From IMG/VR virus record IMGVR_UViG_3300012952_000114, positions 1 through 26,319 of that record: DNA of 26,319 bases; one strand, 5' to 3'. Shown one piece after another: positions 25,910 through 26,319 of the stretch. Source of the stretch: a virus. Lineage: Duplodnaviria; Caudoviricetes. Both the position numbers and the translations under genes were made by a program. Position 1 is the stretch's first letter; every line of letters begins with the position of its first letter. A model generated the notes under the pieces. That model was given only the letters and a program-made list of their open reading frames with translations. It was not told the DNA's origin and made no database searches.

Positions 25910-26067
25910 TATTTTTCAACAATTTCTTTAATTTTTTCTAATTTATACCATAGACTAGAATAAACTTCTATTTTATTTTCTGGATATTCTACAATATATC
26001 TTTTATAACCAAATATTCTTTCCGAAAAGATTCTTACATCTCCATAATTTTCTTCTAATAATCTCAT
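25891..26067 (-). CDS. Small hypothetical protein (58 aa), not in ORF track
   Basis: MRLLEENYGDVRIFSERIFGYKRYIVEYPENKIEVYSSLWYKLEKIKEIVEKYLKSKD, with AGGA just upstream. Confidence 0.7.
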   Translation of the reverse strand: MRLLEENYGDVRIFSERIFGYKRYIVEYPENKIEVYSSLWYKLEKIKEIVEKYLKSKD

Positions 26068-26103
26068 AGTTCCTATTATCTCATGAAACTGTGTTTTGTC
26101 AAG

Positions 26104-26319
26104 TTATCTTTTACTACATCTTTTCTCTGCACTTCGCCAGACATTATAATTATTGCCTACAACCAATGACATTAGAAAATTTATTTCATCCATTGTTTGT
26201 GGTGTAAGAGCTTCTCTTTTCAAATCATATTCAATTGCTGGTGTAAGAACTACAGTCTTGATAGCAAACATCTTTTGCACTGATGGTCTTTCACCTGCTA
26301 TTGGATTGAGTTCTCTAAC
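26104..26319 (-). CDS. 3' part of a hypothetical protein (starts outside the window)
   Basis: Open frame VRELNPIAGERPS..VGNNYNVWRSAEKRCSKR-stop from the window edge. Confidence 0.65.
   Translation of the reverse strand, partial: VRELNPIAGERPSVQKMFAIKTVVLTPAIEYDLKREALTPQTMDEINFLMSLVVGNNYNVWRSAEKRCSKR

Noticed and set aside
1-26319. tRNA genes, CRISPR arrays, integrases or transposases
   Set aside because: No cloverleaf, repeat-spacer periodicity or recombinase motifs were seen, and intergenic gaps are short.

Overview
AT-rich segment of a large T4-like (Tevenvirinae/Kyanoviridae-style) myovirus genome, probably infecting a proteobacterium. All credible genes are on the minus strand. Read in transcription order (right to left): two small ORFs; hsp20 preceded by a host-type sigma32 promoter and a ROSE-like RNA thermometer; peroxiredoxin, small proteins and a T4-type lysozyme; the replication core gp43-uvsX-gp41; a 2OG-Fe(II) oxygenase; an early cassette with three promoters sharing a GGTACAT box and a HAD nucleotidase; a terminator; then about 15 kb of late genes. 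Several late proteins start with T4 capsid-targeting-like peptides and look like prohead-protease-cleaved polyproteins. They carry a PAP2 phosphatase plus PD-(D/E)xK nuclease, a HIGH nucleotidyltransferase, a PNK-like kinase and an HNH domain, and cluster with a KxDG ligase-like enzyme and a sulfotransferase. An adhesin-like gene with a divergent PurD-like ATP-grasp ligase and structural genes follows. Best candidate novel systems: a virion-packaged nucleic-acid end-processing toolkit, a phage heat-shock gene wired to sigma32 and ROSE control, and systematic leaderless mRNAs. All calls come from manual motif reading; no searches were run.
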